Below are positions 16,710-24,363 of a stretch of 24,418 bases of DNA, piece by piece. The position numbers were made by a program, and so were the translations under genes. Source of the DNA: a virus (taxonomy: Duplodnaviria > Caudoviricetes); IMG/VR virus record IMGVR_UViG_3300034120_001476, positions 1 through 24,418 of that record. The stretch is one strand, 5' to 3'. The notes beneath the pieces were generated by a model. That model saw only the letters and a program-made list of their open reading frames with translations. It made no database searches and was not told the origin of the DNA. Every line of letters begins with the position of its first letter. Position 1 is the first letter of the stretch.

Positions 16710-17786
16710 TTAGATCACCCTCGCCACTGGTAGTGCCACGCTGCCGCCGCCCCCGCCCGTGCTCCCGATCTCCGACACGATCACCCCGATCGGATGCTGC
16801 TCGGCCGTGTTGGTCGTCCATGCCCCGGCGTCTGTCCTGGTCGCACTGTAGAAAGAGTCGCCCATCATCGACGCCTCTAGATGCCCTGCCGCGTTGTAGC
16901 CGATCGTCGTGATGTTTACGTTGGTGGCCGTCGTCGGCTTCAGCGTCACGTAATACGTGCTACCTCCCGACACACTCACATCAGACGAAAACACGCCCTG
17001 ATAAACACGACTCGACGCCGACCGGATCGCGTTGCTGTCGACACTCACTGTGCCGAGTGCCGTTCCGCCCGAATCGTAGAGCACCAGATCGGCGTTGGCG
17101 CTCGGCGTGAAAAACGCGGCGATGCCCCGCACCTTCATGTCGGCGTGCGGTATCCACAGATTGCCGCGCTCGTCGGGAGTGGACCCGGAATTGAATGCGC
17201 GGCTCGTGAGGGTCTCTGCTGGTTGTGCGCCGGTGAAAGTCCCGAAGGTGCCGTCACTGTAGACCAGCAAGATGTTCGCCAGATTGGCTGTCAGTGCCCA
17301 TGTCGTGCCGTTGTAATGCGCTGGCGAAGTTTCTTGTGGCATCGGCCCCGCACCGGTCCCCACTGTGTGGTGCGAAAACGTGATCGAGTCGCCCGCGTCG
17401 AATGTCGCAAACTCCCATACGACGGACAGCAGATCCCCCTGCGTTACCGTACGATTAGTTCCAAGAGTGATCGTTCTCCACGTGTTGGCTGTTATGTCCG
17501 CGTTGCCGATGCTGGCGGTCTGATCCTGCGTCCCGTCGGGCTGTGCGGGAGGGCCAGCGGTCAGGCTCGTGTCCTGCAGGCTCAGCGTGAGGGCCGTCGT
17601 TGCCCCCTTCGTGATCGCCCCAAATCGGAAACCGATCCCGCTAATTGTGCCTGATTTTGGCACCACACCACAGACCGCATGCCGATGCGTGCTCGCTGTC
17701 AAGGCCGTCGACGCCGTGAACGACAGGTTGATGTTGTCGTCGAAAACGGGCAGCAGCAACGGCTGGCCTGGCCACACGTTAGGCAT
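16710..17786 (-). CDS. Putative virion structural / receptor-binding protein, 358 aa
   Basis: Start ATG 17786 (MPNVWPGQ); Thr/Ser/Gly-rich beta protein with two similar-looking halves. Confidence 0.55.
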   Translation of the reverse strand: MPNVWPGQPLLLPVFDDNINLSFTASTALTASTHRHAVCGVVPKSGTISGIGFRFGAITKGATTALTLSLQDTSLTAGPPAQPDGTQDQTASIGNADITANTWRTITLGTNRTVTQGDLLSVVWEFATFDAGDSITFSHHTVGTGAGPMPQETSPAHYNGTTWALTANLANILLVYSDGTFGTFTGAQPAETLTSRAFNSGSTPDERGNLWIPHADMKVRGIAAFFTPSANADLVLYDSGGTALGTVSVDSNAIRSASSRVYQGVFSSDVSVSGGSTYYVTLKPTTATNVNITTIGYNAAGHLEASMMGDSFYSATRTDAGAWTTNTAEQHPIGVIVSEIGSTGGGGGSVALPVARVI

Positions 17787-18036
17787 TCCGCACCCCCGCC
17801 GCCCACAGTGCAGCACGCGCAACAAACTGATCGCCGACGGCCTGCAGCTCCTCCGCTGTCACTGCCTGCAGCCACTCGTGTATCGTGATCCCGTCTTGTC
17901 GGCTGAGCACCTCGCCCGTAAACGAACTGCTGACCTGCCACCGCATCACGTAGGTGCGATAGCTGCCGCTCGGCAGGCTGACCGTGACGACCTCGCCCTG
18001 TGCCATGTCGATAGACGCCGCAGCCGCGTCAGCCAT
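17779..18036 (-). CDS. Hypothetical protein, 85 aa
   Basis: Overlaps both neighbours by 8 nt in the coupled operon. Confidence 0.6.
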   Translation of the reverse strand: MADAAAASIDMAQGEVVTVSLPSGSYRTYVMRWQVSSSFTGEVLSRQDGITIHEWLQAVTAEELQAVGDQFVARAALWAAGVRNA

Positions 18037-18436
18037 TGTCTACCCCCATCTTGCAAATCAGGTCCGGCCTGTCTTGATCTGTCGCATCGCTGAACAGCCA
18101 CACCGCGAACCGCCACGCGAGATTTTCCAGCAGCGATCGCAGCAGCAGCACCCCGATCGTCTCGATCAAGATACCACACCTCACGTCTCGCTGCATGGCG
18201 TGCTCACAGTCGCGGGCAACGGTCTCCGCAACGAACGCCGGTTGATATCGTGCTGGCCGCCCCGCTCGCCTTGCCCACCTCGCCGCAGCCCTGGCCGTCT
18301 GTCTGGCCAACACCGTGAGATGCACGTTGGCCGCGACCCGCTCAGCCTCAGTCGGTGGAGCACCCACGGCGACACGTTGCTGCTCGTCGGCCCAATATTC
18401 GATCTCAAGCAGTACCGCGAGTTCGTTGACGGTCAT
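18029..18436 (-). CDS. Hypothetical protein, 135 aa (possible C-terminal hydrophobic helix)
   Basis: ATGA-coupled; segment GILIETIGVLLLRSLLENLAWRFAVWLF. Confidence 0.6.
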   Translation of the reverse strand: MTVNELAVLLEIEYWADEQQRVAVGAPPTEAERVAANVHLTVLARQTARAAARWARRAGRPARYQPAFVAETVARDCEHAMQRDVRCGILIETIGVLLLRSLLENLAWRFAVWLFSDATDQDRPDLICKMGVDNG

Positions 18437-19158
18437 TCGAGGCTGATCCTAATCGTCTTCCAATTGGTGGCCACCCTGACTTCGTTGCGGGGTGGTGACC
18501 AGACAGCACCCTCGACCCGGTAGCCGATCCCCAGACCGAATTTCTCCACCGTTCCCCGAGGTGTCGGGGCGTCGAAAACAATCTTCGGCTCCGGCCCGCT
18601 CAGATCGTACCTGCCCTTGATCTCTCCCACCTGCAGGGTAACACCGTCGGTCACCGTCGCCGTCTGCGGCTGGTCTGGGACAAACACAAACCGCCCGCCA
18701 CGCCCTGCAAACCTGCGGATGGTGTCAACGGTCGTCTCCGTCTCTGGGGCTCGCCGTGGGGCTGCTACAGGCTCACTGACGGGGTTTTTCTCGCGGTAGG
18801 CTGCAACCAATTGCTCGACAGTCTCGCGCCCCCGCCAGCCCACGATCTGCCAGTATCTCCCGTCCCCACCCTGGAAAATCCATGTTGGCGTGCTCTGGCC
18901 CTCCCGAGGGGCCTGGCGGGTCACCTGGAAGGGGAATCCATTCTGCTCGATCCAAGTGTCGGCCGCAGCACATGGCGGGCAGTTCGGGCTCGTGACCATC
19001 CAGACGCGGGGGAGCGCCGTCGCGATCATGGCGGGTGATGACGTCCCGCTATCCGCTGTAATCGGTGCCCGGGGGTGAGTAGTCCCCGTTCCCCCTGTCT
19101 GGATTGGCCCCGGGTCGGTGAACTGGCCGAGGGCCGCGAGTAGGATCAGTGTCTTCAC
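18433..19158 (-). CDS. Exported thioredoxin/glutaredoxin-fold protein with an extra C-terminal domain, 241 aa
   Basis: GTG 19158 coupled to the protease stop; signal-like MKTLILLAALGQ; VWMVTSPNCPPC (CxxC) and STPTWIF (cis-Pro loop). Confidence 0.7.
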   Translation of the reverse strand: MKTLILLAALGQFTDPGPIQTGGTGTTHPRAPITADSGTSSPAMIATALPRVWMVTSPNCPPCAAADTWIEQNGFPFQVTRQAPREGQSTPTWIFQGGDGRYWQIVGWRGRETVEQLVAAYREKNPVSEPVAAPRRAPETETTVDTIRRFAGRGGRFVFVPDQPQTATVTDGVTLQVGEIKGRYDLSGPEPKIVFDAPTPRGTVEKFGLGIGYRVEGAVWSPPRNEVRVATNWKTIRISLE

Positions 19159-19964
19159 GCCATGAATCCCTTCCAATTGAAGGTGCGGGGCTTGAACCCC
19201 TGCACTCCGGACACCGTGTATGCCCCGAAGGGCTGGCTCAGCAACTGTGTCATAACATCGGTAGTCACCGCAAACCAGCCGTGATCACCCCAGCCCTGTC
19301 CGTGGGAGTTGGCAACCCAGATGATGCCGTCAGATTTCTGGTAGTCGACTGCACACACAGCGTGACCAGCAGACCGATTCCCCGAGATGCGATCGATCAC
19401 GCCGCCCCGATACGCTGCCATCTGGGTCGTCCAGTACATCCCGAACACGGTGGCCCCAATCCCTGCCCCAAGCCGTTGGATCACCTCCTCCCCAGTGTTG
19501 GCTCTCGCGACGGACTGCACTCGATGTTGTGCCGCCCGTCCTAAGAGATGCTGCGGTAGTTCACGGTCAAACAACTCACCCTGCCGCCAGTACGGAAACT
19601 CGCTTTCAAGCACGGCCCCAGTATCCCTCGAAGCCATCACAACGGCCTCGATCGATACGCCGTTGTCCCCACGTTGCAGCGTCTGCGCCCAATCGAGGGC
19701 CGCCAGATACGACCAGCGGGCCGATAGGTCTTCCGGCTGCGTTTGGAACGCCAAGTCAAACAGCCGGGATTCCTCCAAGGCCATCTGTGTCGCACAGCCA
19801 GAACAGCTATTTCGCGGCCCCTGATTCATGACCCGCAGCCACCGCCTCGCGTTAAGCGTCTCGGGGATGTCGCCCGCGACAATTGGCGGAGAAGTGCACA
19901 CGAACGCCACCCGGTCAATCTCGGCGTGTGACGGTTCAAGGCAGCCTAGACCGAATTCACTCAT
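19155..19964 (-). CDS. Papain-like cysteine protease (peptidase C1 family), 269 aa
   Basis: NQGPRNSC (oxyanion Q, catalytic C), FPY, GHAVCAVDY (H) and VANSHGQGWGDHGWF (N). Confidence 0.85.
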   Translation of the reverse strand: MSEFGLGCLEPSHAEIDRVAFVCTSPPIVAGDIPETLNARRWLRVMNQGPRNSCSGCATQMALEESRLFDLAFQTQPEDLSARWSYLAALDWAQTLQRGDNGVSIEAVVMASRDTGAVLESEFPYWRQGELFDRELPQHLLGRAAQHRVQSVARANTGEEVIQRLGAGIGATVFGMYWTTQMAAYRGGVIDRISGNRSAGHAVCAVDYQKSDGIIWVANSHGQGWGDHGWFAVTTDVMTQLLSQPFGAYTVSGVQGFKPRTFNWKGFMA

Positions 19965-20316
19965 CAGACCACCCCCGCGAGAGACTCAGCAGCACACTCC
20001 GCCATCGCTCCCGATCCCATTTGTCCTGTTCCCCCGCAGCGTCCAGAATCGCCCGCTCCAGCCGCTCGTTCGCCACCCGCCTAGCCTCGATCTGCTCCGC
20101 TCTCCACGCCTCAGCCGCTGACGCCCAGTCCCCCGGGTCGGTCTCGGATGTCCGGGCAGCACGCTGGGAGAGTTCGCGGAACAGGGTCAACCGAAACTCC
20201 CGGGCCGCCTGCTCGACCTCGTCCTGTGCAGGCGGGGGGACCGTGTCGCGCGAGGAGTCTCGCACGGGAGCACACCCGAGGACCGCCAGCAGGAGGACGA
20301 GGGCGAAGAGTCTCAC
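19957..20316 (-). CDS. Lipoprotein (possibly spanin-like), 119 aa
   Basis: GTG 20316 coupled; MRLFALVLLLAVLGC signal and lipobox, PPP linker, helical body. Confidence 0.65.
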   Translation of the reverse strand: MRLFALVLLLAVLGCAPVRDSSRDTVPPPAQDEVEQAAREFRLTLFRELSQRAARTSETDPGDWASAAEAWRAEQIEARRVANERLERAILDAAGEQDKWDRERWRSVLLSLSRGWSDE

Positions 20317-20642
20317 GGCTTGGGTGGCTCCGGCGCGTTGGTCTTCTCCCACTGATCGACGACAGCCTTCAGCCGAGGCCATTCGCACGCCAATGCCAAC
20401 TGATAGACCGCCTGGCAGAACTCCCGATGCCCTGACGATCCCGGCTTGGCCGCGTCCCTCGTGGGCTTGGCAAGGAACGCCTGCCCCACACCGCCAGCCG
20501 CAGCCAGCAGCGCGGGGACGCCAGCCCAGACCGCGAGTTCCCCGGGGGTGCCGTCGGCCGTGGTGAGGCGACCGAGGTTCCCCGAGGCGATCAGGCCAGA
20601 CAGGACGGACAGCAGTTGTGTGATCAGGCGGGGCCAATTCAT
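20313..20642 (-). CDS. Membrane protein (holin-like), 109 aa
   Basis: Two hydrophobic segments: LITQLLSVLSGLIA and LAVWAGVPALLAAAGGVG. Confidence 0.5.
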   Translation of the reverse strand: MNWPRLITQLLSVLSGLIASGNLGRLTTADGTPGELAVWAGVPALLAAAGGVGQAFLAKPTRDAAKPGSSGHREFCQAVYQLALACEWPRLKAVVDQWEKTNAPEPPKP

Positions 20643-20851
20643 GGCTTCGGGCTCGGCGGGGGCGGGGTCGGCACCAGAGGCGACGGGGGGCCGATCCGTA
20701 GGATGGCGATGATGATGGCCGTTATGCCTGCCATCAGGTCCTCAGCCGCCTTGTGCACCTTCGGGTTGACCGATGCCGGGGGAATTCCGGCAGGGGGGGG
20801 CAACAGCGCGAGGGCCTGTTGCAGGCGGGTTTCGAGTTCTTCAGGTGTCAT
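20639..20851 (-). CDS. Small Pro-rich protein with a hydrophobic segment, 70 aa
   Basis: LMAGITAIIIAILRI flanked by Pro runs; ATGA-coupled. Confidence 0.55.
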   Translation of the reverse strand: MTPEELETRLQQALALLPPPAGIPPASVNPKVHKAAEDLMAGITAIIIAILRIGPPSPLVPTPPPPSPKP

Positions 20852-21201
20852 TGTTTGGGCTTCCAGTTCGCACAGGATTGGTGAAGTTCTTTGATGTCCC
20901 GTTGTGTCATCTGATGCTGTTCTTCCAGCCGGTCAATCGCCCCCTCCAATTTGGCAATCAGGCTGTTATGCCGATCCGCCGCCTCGACGACTTTCGGGCC
21001 GAGATTGACCACTGCCCAGCGGATGGCATAGATCACGGCACCGATCACCCCGACGTTGAGCACGTCCCGCAGAGCCTCAAACACGGCACCGGGAGAGACA
21101 GCCGCGCCGCTCTGACCGCCGTCGGCCACGGTCGCCAGCACGGGGGCCACCTGCGCCAGGAGGGCGACCCCGAGGACCACCACGCCGACGATTGTATTCA
21201 C
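20848..21201 (-). CDS. Membrane protein with C-terminal coiled coil (holin/spanin-like), 117 aa
   Basis: GTG 21201 coupled; signal-like N-terminus, TM segment VLNVGVIGAVIYAIRWAVV, then heptad-like LIAKLEGAIDRLEEQ. Confidence 0.55.
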   Translation of the reverse strand: MNTIVGVVVLGVALLAQVAPVLATVADGGQSGAAVSPGAVFEALRDVLNVGVIGAVIYAIRWAVVNLGPKVVEAADRHNSLIAKLEGAIDRLEEQHQMTQRDIKELHQSCANWKPKQ

Positions 21202-21440
21202 TGCTTCGGCCCCACCGGTACAACCGCCGTACTGGTAGCCCACCGCCTCAGCAGGTCGATGGCCGCCGTCACACCCACCGCCGCGATCGGCTGCCACACC
21301 CCGAGATTGAGATGCCCGAGGTTCTCCGCCAGTACGGTCAACCCGGTCCCAATGCCCATCTGCACGACGTGCAACATCACCCGCCGCACGTCGTGGCCGC
21401 TCAGTTTCCCCGCCTCACTTCCCACCGCTTGTGTGTCCAT
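21198..21440 (-). CDS. Putative holin, 80 aa
   Basis: GGAGG RBS before ATG 21440; two hydrophobic segments ending in DLLRRW. Confidence 0.5.
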   Translation of the reverse strand: MDTQAVGSEAGKLSGHDVRRVMLHVVQMGIGTGLTVLAENLGHLNLGVWQPIAAVGVTAAIDLLRRWATSTAVVPVGPKQ

Positions 21441-21484
21441 TTCGGCACCTCCGCTAGCGATTGTGGGGGACTGGCGCGATGGCG

Positions 21485-22549
21485 TCAAGGTTTATTCGGT
21501 TTGCGCGAGCAACCGCCATGCGAGCGCAGCCACCGCTGGAACTTGTCCGTTCCCAATGCATCTAAGGCGGTCCACCCGATTGGCCACCCCATCAGCCACT
21601 CGACCCAAGCCGGATTCAACTGCGCATGGGTCGTCTGCTGGGTCTCGGGACCACCATTTGTGGCAATCCTCCGGGCAATCCTGCCCCCCTTGTCCACTGC
21701 TGCAAGAGATGCCCAATTCGTCCCGCAGTCCAGCCCCTCGCTGGCACATGGCGTTGGCCACATTGTCGCCTCGCCCTCGCCAAGCCGACGGAGCGCTTTC
21801 CGCTTCTTGCTTTGGCAGGCTTTCGAACTCATGGCTTGGAATTCCGGCGTGTCGCCCACCATCTCGGCCAGCAACTTCAACTCCCCGTCCGACCGGTATC
21901 CCTCCGTGTTGGGCGTTGGCCACATCTTCACCACCATTCCCAAGTCTAGGTTCCTTCCCCTCTCCATCTCCCGCATCGTCCCCTCGATGCTCCTCGATCC
22001 CTTGCTGCCATCGGTTGCCCGTGGCGTTGGCAACAATCCAGATACGTTCCCTGATGTGGGGAGCGCCAACGTCAACCGCTCCGACAATCCCCCATCTCGC
22101 ATCATACCCCATCGAGGCAAGATCACCGAGGACTCGGGTAAGTCCACGTCGAACAAGCAACGGTGAGTTTTCCACGAGGACGTAGCGGGGTCGTACCTCT
22201 TGAATAATTCTCGCCATTTCACGCCAGAGGCCGGAACGCTCGCCTTCGATGCCTGCCCCCCGTCCTGCTGCGCTGATGTCCTGACACGGGAACCCGCCTG
22301 ACACCACGTCAACACAGCCTCGCCACGGCTTTCCATCAAAGGTGCAAACGTCATCCCAGATCGGGAAGGGCGGGAGAACCCCCTCATTCTGTCGCTGGAC
22401 AAGTACGCTTGCGGCATAGGGGTCTCGCTCGACGGCACAGACGGTCCGCCACCCGAGGAGCTTTCCCCCGAGGATTCCTCCGCCTGCACCTGCGAACAAT
22501 GCGAGTTCTCGAAGTCCGCCATCAACGCCCGACTGATCAGCCATGCCAT
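21485..22549 (-). CDS. Overlapping-frame methyltransferase partner (beta-like chain with WPTP repeats and motif IX), about 354 aa
   Basis: Open across the whole alpha gene; AGGAG 6 nt before ATG 22549; three (L/W)PTP repeats and LNPAWVEWLMGWPIGWT. Confidence 0.7.
   Translation of the reverse strand: MAWLISRALMADFENSHCSQVQAEESSGESSSGGGPSVPSSETPMPQAYLSSDRMRGFSRPSRSGMTFAPLMESRGEAVLTWCQAGSRVRTSAQQDGGQASKASVPASGVKWRELFKRYDPATSSWKTHRCLFDVDLPESSVILPRWGMMRDGGLSERLTLALPTSGNVSGLLPTPRATDGSKGSRSIEGTMREMERGRNLDLGMVVKMWPTPNTEGYRSDGELKLLAEMVGDTPEFQAMSSKACQSKKRKALRRLGEGEATMWPTPCASEGLDCGTNWASLAAVDKGGRIARRIATNGGPETQQTTHAQLNPAWVEWLMGWPIGWTALDALGTDKFQRWLRSHGGCSRKPNKP
21492..22544 (-). CDS. C5 cytosine DNA methyltransferase, catalytic (alpha) chain, about 350 aa
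   Basis: Motif I LFAGAGG, IV GGFPCQDIS, VI VENS, VIII PHIRERIWIV and X RLRCIGNGQVP; no recognisable motif IX in this frame. Confidence 0.9.
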   Translation of the reverse strand: MADQSGVDGGLRELALFAGAGGGILGGKLLGWRTVCAVERDPYAASVLVQRQNEGVLPPFPIWDDVCTFDGKPWRGCVDVVSGGFPCQDISAAGRGAGIEGERSGLWREMARIIQEVRPRYVLVENSPLLVRRGLTRVLGDLASMGYDARWGIVGAVDVGAPHIRERIWIVANATGNRWQQGIEEHRGDDAGDGEGKEPRLGNGGEDVANAQHGGIPVGRGVEVAGRDGGRHAGIPSHEFESLPKQEAESAPSAWRGRGDNVANAMCQRGAGLRDELGISCSSGQGGQDCPEDCHKWWSRDPADDPCAVESGLGRVADGVANRVDRLRCIGNGQVPAVAALAWRLLAQTE

Positions 22550-22552
22550 CAC

Positions 22553-22795
22553 TCACTCCTGAAAAGGCATTCCCAACGTCAGCATCTGGGAAAGTCGCCA
22601 CTCTCTTAGCTTTTCCCAGTCGCGTTCGTCAATGATCTTCTCCAGCGTCTTCAGCCGCAGTGCCGACATGTCTGGTTTCGCCCGGCTCTCGCTGCAGCTT
22701 GTTCCGGCTGCCTCACGCTTCCGCCTGTCGGCTGTCGGCGTGAACGACTGCGGGCCGGCGCGAAGGCGCTTGTAGATGGTGCGTTCGCGGGTCAT
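22553..22795 (-). CDS. Hypothetical protein, about 80 aa
   Basis: ATG 22795 coupled to the upstream stop (MTRERTIYKRL). Confidence 0.55.
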   Translation of the reverse strand: MTRERTIYKRLRAGPQSFTPTADRRKREAAGTSCSESRAKPDMSALRLKTLEKIIDERDWEKLREWRLSQMLTLGMPFQE

Positions 22796-23037
22796 GTCCA
22801 TTCCCTCCGTGCTTCCTCGACCAGCCCCCGAATCTTTTGAGGCGTCCGGATTGCCGTCCACACCTTTGCCTTATCCTCGCAGGCCAGCCTGCAAAACTCG
22901 AACTGCGCAACAATGATCGTCTCGTCCTCTTGCGGATCGTAGACAGCCCAGATGAATCGCCGGATCAGATACGAGGCCCCTCGCAGAACCACATCCCGCA
23001 CGCGATAGCCGACCAGCCGGGGCGGGATGCGCTTCAT
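22792..23037 (-). CDS. Hypothetical protein, 81 aa
   Basis: ATG 23037 coupled, GGAGG upstream (MKRIPPRLVGY). Confidence 0.6.
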   Translation of the reverse strand: MKRIPPRLVGYRVRDVVLRGASYLIRRFIWAVYDPQEDETIIVAQFEFCRLACEDKAKVWTAIRTPQKIRGLVEEARREWT

Positions 23038-23222
23038 CGCTGGCCCTCCAACACCTGCCGGATCGCGTCGGGGTCGCCCGCCTCGACACGCTGATATAAC
23101 CTGTCTGCCGCCCGCCACTCCTCCAATGCTCGCCTCTCTGCAATTGCCGCCTCCTCTAGCGACAGGTCCGCTTCATCCATCCTGGCCTTGGCAATCTCCA
23201 TCGCTAGTTCTCGGTCGGTCAT
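23034..23222 (-). CDS. Helical hypothetical protein, 62 aa (paralogue B)
   Basis: Coupled, GGAGG RBS; similar to the upstream gene. Confidence 0.7.
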   Translation of the reverse strand: MTDRELAMEIAKARMDEADLSLEEAAIAERRALEEWRAADRLYQRVEAGDPDAIRQVLEGQR

Positions 23223-23407
23223 GGTAGTTCCTCCAAAACATATTGAATTGTGTCGAGGTCGCCGGATTCGACTTCATTCCAGAACCTTTCAAGCTTCATG
23301 CACGTGGCATGTGCTGCGAACACTGCCTTACGTGCTTCGTTATATGCTCGACTCGCCTCCTCTTGCTTGGCTAGGACAATCTGCTTTGCCCGCTCCTGGT
23401 CGGTCAT
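23219..23407 (-). CDS. Helical hypothetical protein, 62 aa (paralogue A)
   Basis: ATG 23407 coupled (MTDQERAKQIV); aligns without gaps to the downstream gene. Confidence 0.7.
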   Translation of the reverse strand: MTDQERAKQIVLAKQEEASRAYNEARKAVFAAHATCMKLERFWNEVESGDLDTIQYVLEELP

Positions 23408-23604
23408 TGCTGGCCCTCTTCGTGAATCTGCTCGGCTAGTCCCCGCATCACTGCGATGATCTCCCGCCGATGCTCGGGTCTGATGTCCGTCGCACCCGCC
23501 GGGATGTGCTGCTCGTCGTATTGAAGTTCGGTCACACTGACTGTCACCTTGACCGCAAACAGCCGCCCGTTCGTGCGGTAGGTACCGCATCGCTCGTAGG
23601 TCAC
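23404..23604 (-). CDS. Hypothetical protein, 66 aa
   Basis: GTG 23604 coupled, AGGAGG upstream (MTYERCGTYRTNGR). Confidence 0.6.
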   Translation of the reverse strand: MTYERCGTYRTNGRLFAVKVTVSVTELQYDEQHIPAGATDIRPEHRREIIAVMRGLAEQIHEEGQQ

Positions 23605-23966
23605 TTTGCGTCCTCCTGGAAAGTTTCGCCGGGGCATGCCCGCATCATGAACCGCATCGAGGGGTTCTCGGCCCACATCGCCGCCCGCCATTGCCGCCGT
23701 TCGTCGCCGAGGACGTCGCCCAGGTGGATCTCGGCGGATCTCTGGCAGCCGGGGCAGTCGGTGTCGCGTCGGGCCAGACGGTCCATCACATCGATCCCGG
23801 CCGCTCGGAGCTGAGACGCTGCCGTGTAATGGTGGCTGTAGTAGGGCGGGGTCTTGGCGAACACCGGCAATTGACTGGCCGCGAATGCCGCGTTCCACAG
23901 ATCACACCACGGGCAGGATTTCTCACCGGCTCCGGCGTTTTGGTTGCTCTGGGGGGCTGTGCTCAT
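23601..23966 (-). CDS. Hypothetical protein with two CxxC pairs, 121 aa
   Basis: ATG 23966 coupled; CPWC and CPGC suggest metal binding. Confidence 0.6.
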   Translation of the reverse strand: MSTAPQSNQNAGAGEKSCPWCDLWNAAFAASQLPVFAKTPPYYSHHYTAASQLRAAGIDVMDRLARRDTDCPGCQRSAEIHLGDVLGDERRQWRAAMWAENPSMRFMMRACPGETFQEDAK

Positions 23967-24172
23967 GGTTCCACCGGCACATCTTCGAGGAGCCGCCACG
24001 CCTCAGATTCAAGTTCGGCTTGGGTCTTTGACAGATACGCTCCACTTAGGCTGATCCATCGGATCGGACCATCTTCGGTGAACAGCATCTCTGTCATGGT
24101 GACCAGTGCACGTCGGTTATTCACCTTGCTTTGTTGGACGATCACGTCTCCCACTTTCCATGGTCTGCTCAC
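23963..24172 (-). CDS. Hypothetical protein, 69 aa
   Basis: GTGA-coupled; WKVGDVI start typical of small beta-barrel phage proteins. Confidence 0.6.
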   Translation of the reverse strand: MSRPWKVGDVIVQQSKVNNRRALVTMTEMLFTEDGPIRWISLSGAYLSKTQAELESEAWRLLEDVPVEP

Positions 24173-24363
24173 TTTTTCACCTTCGGCTTGGCCTGCACTA
24201 CCCGCACCTCGACGGTGGCAAGGTCTGCAGGCTCCTCCTCCGACTCCAGCAGGATGTAGTCGCCGAAGTCCAACGGCAGCTTCTGGCCGATGTACTCGAT
24301 GTCGCCGTCTTGTGGGGGCTCGGGTGCGGCCTGTGTGAATAGGGTTTTCTGTCGCTTGCTCAC
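24169..24363 (-). CDS. Hypothetical protein, 64 aa
   Basis: GGAGG upstream of GTG 24363; coupled to neighbours. Confidence 0.55.
   Translation of the reverse strand: MSKRQKTLFTQAAPEPPQDGDIEYIGQKLPLDFGDYILLESEEEPADLATVEVRVVQAKPKVKK

Noticed and set aside
15375-17786. Diversity-generating retroelement target in the fibre-like genes
   Set aside because: No reverse transcriptase in the window and no near-identical TR/VR pair with adenine-specific differences was seen.
19957-20637. 226 aa version of the lipoprotein as an Rz/Rz1-style embedded gene
   Set aside because: The upstream part is low-quality sequence overlapping the 109 aa gene; the signal peptide begins at the coupled GTG 20316.
20773-22185. 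Two long plus-strand ORFs (470 aa and 324 aa) opposite the dual-coded methyltransferase
   Set aside because: No recognisable motifs; most simply a by-product of high GC and the double coding constraint on the minus strand.
21485-22549. Reading the methyltransferase as a frameshifted pseudogene or sequencing error
   Set aside because: Both frames are open end to end and motif X returns in the first frame, so a single indel cannot explain the layout.
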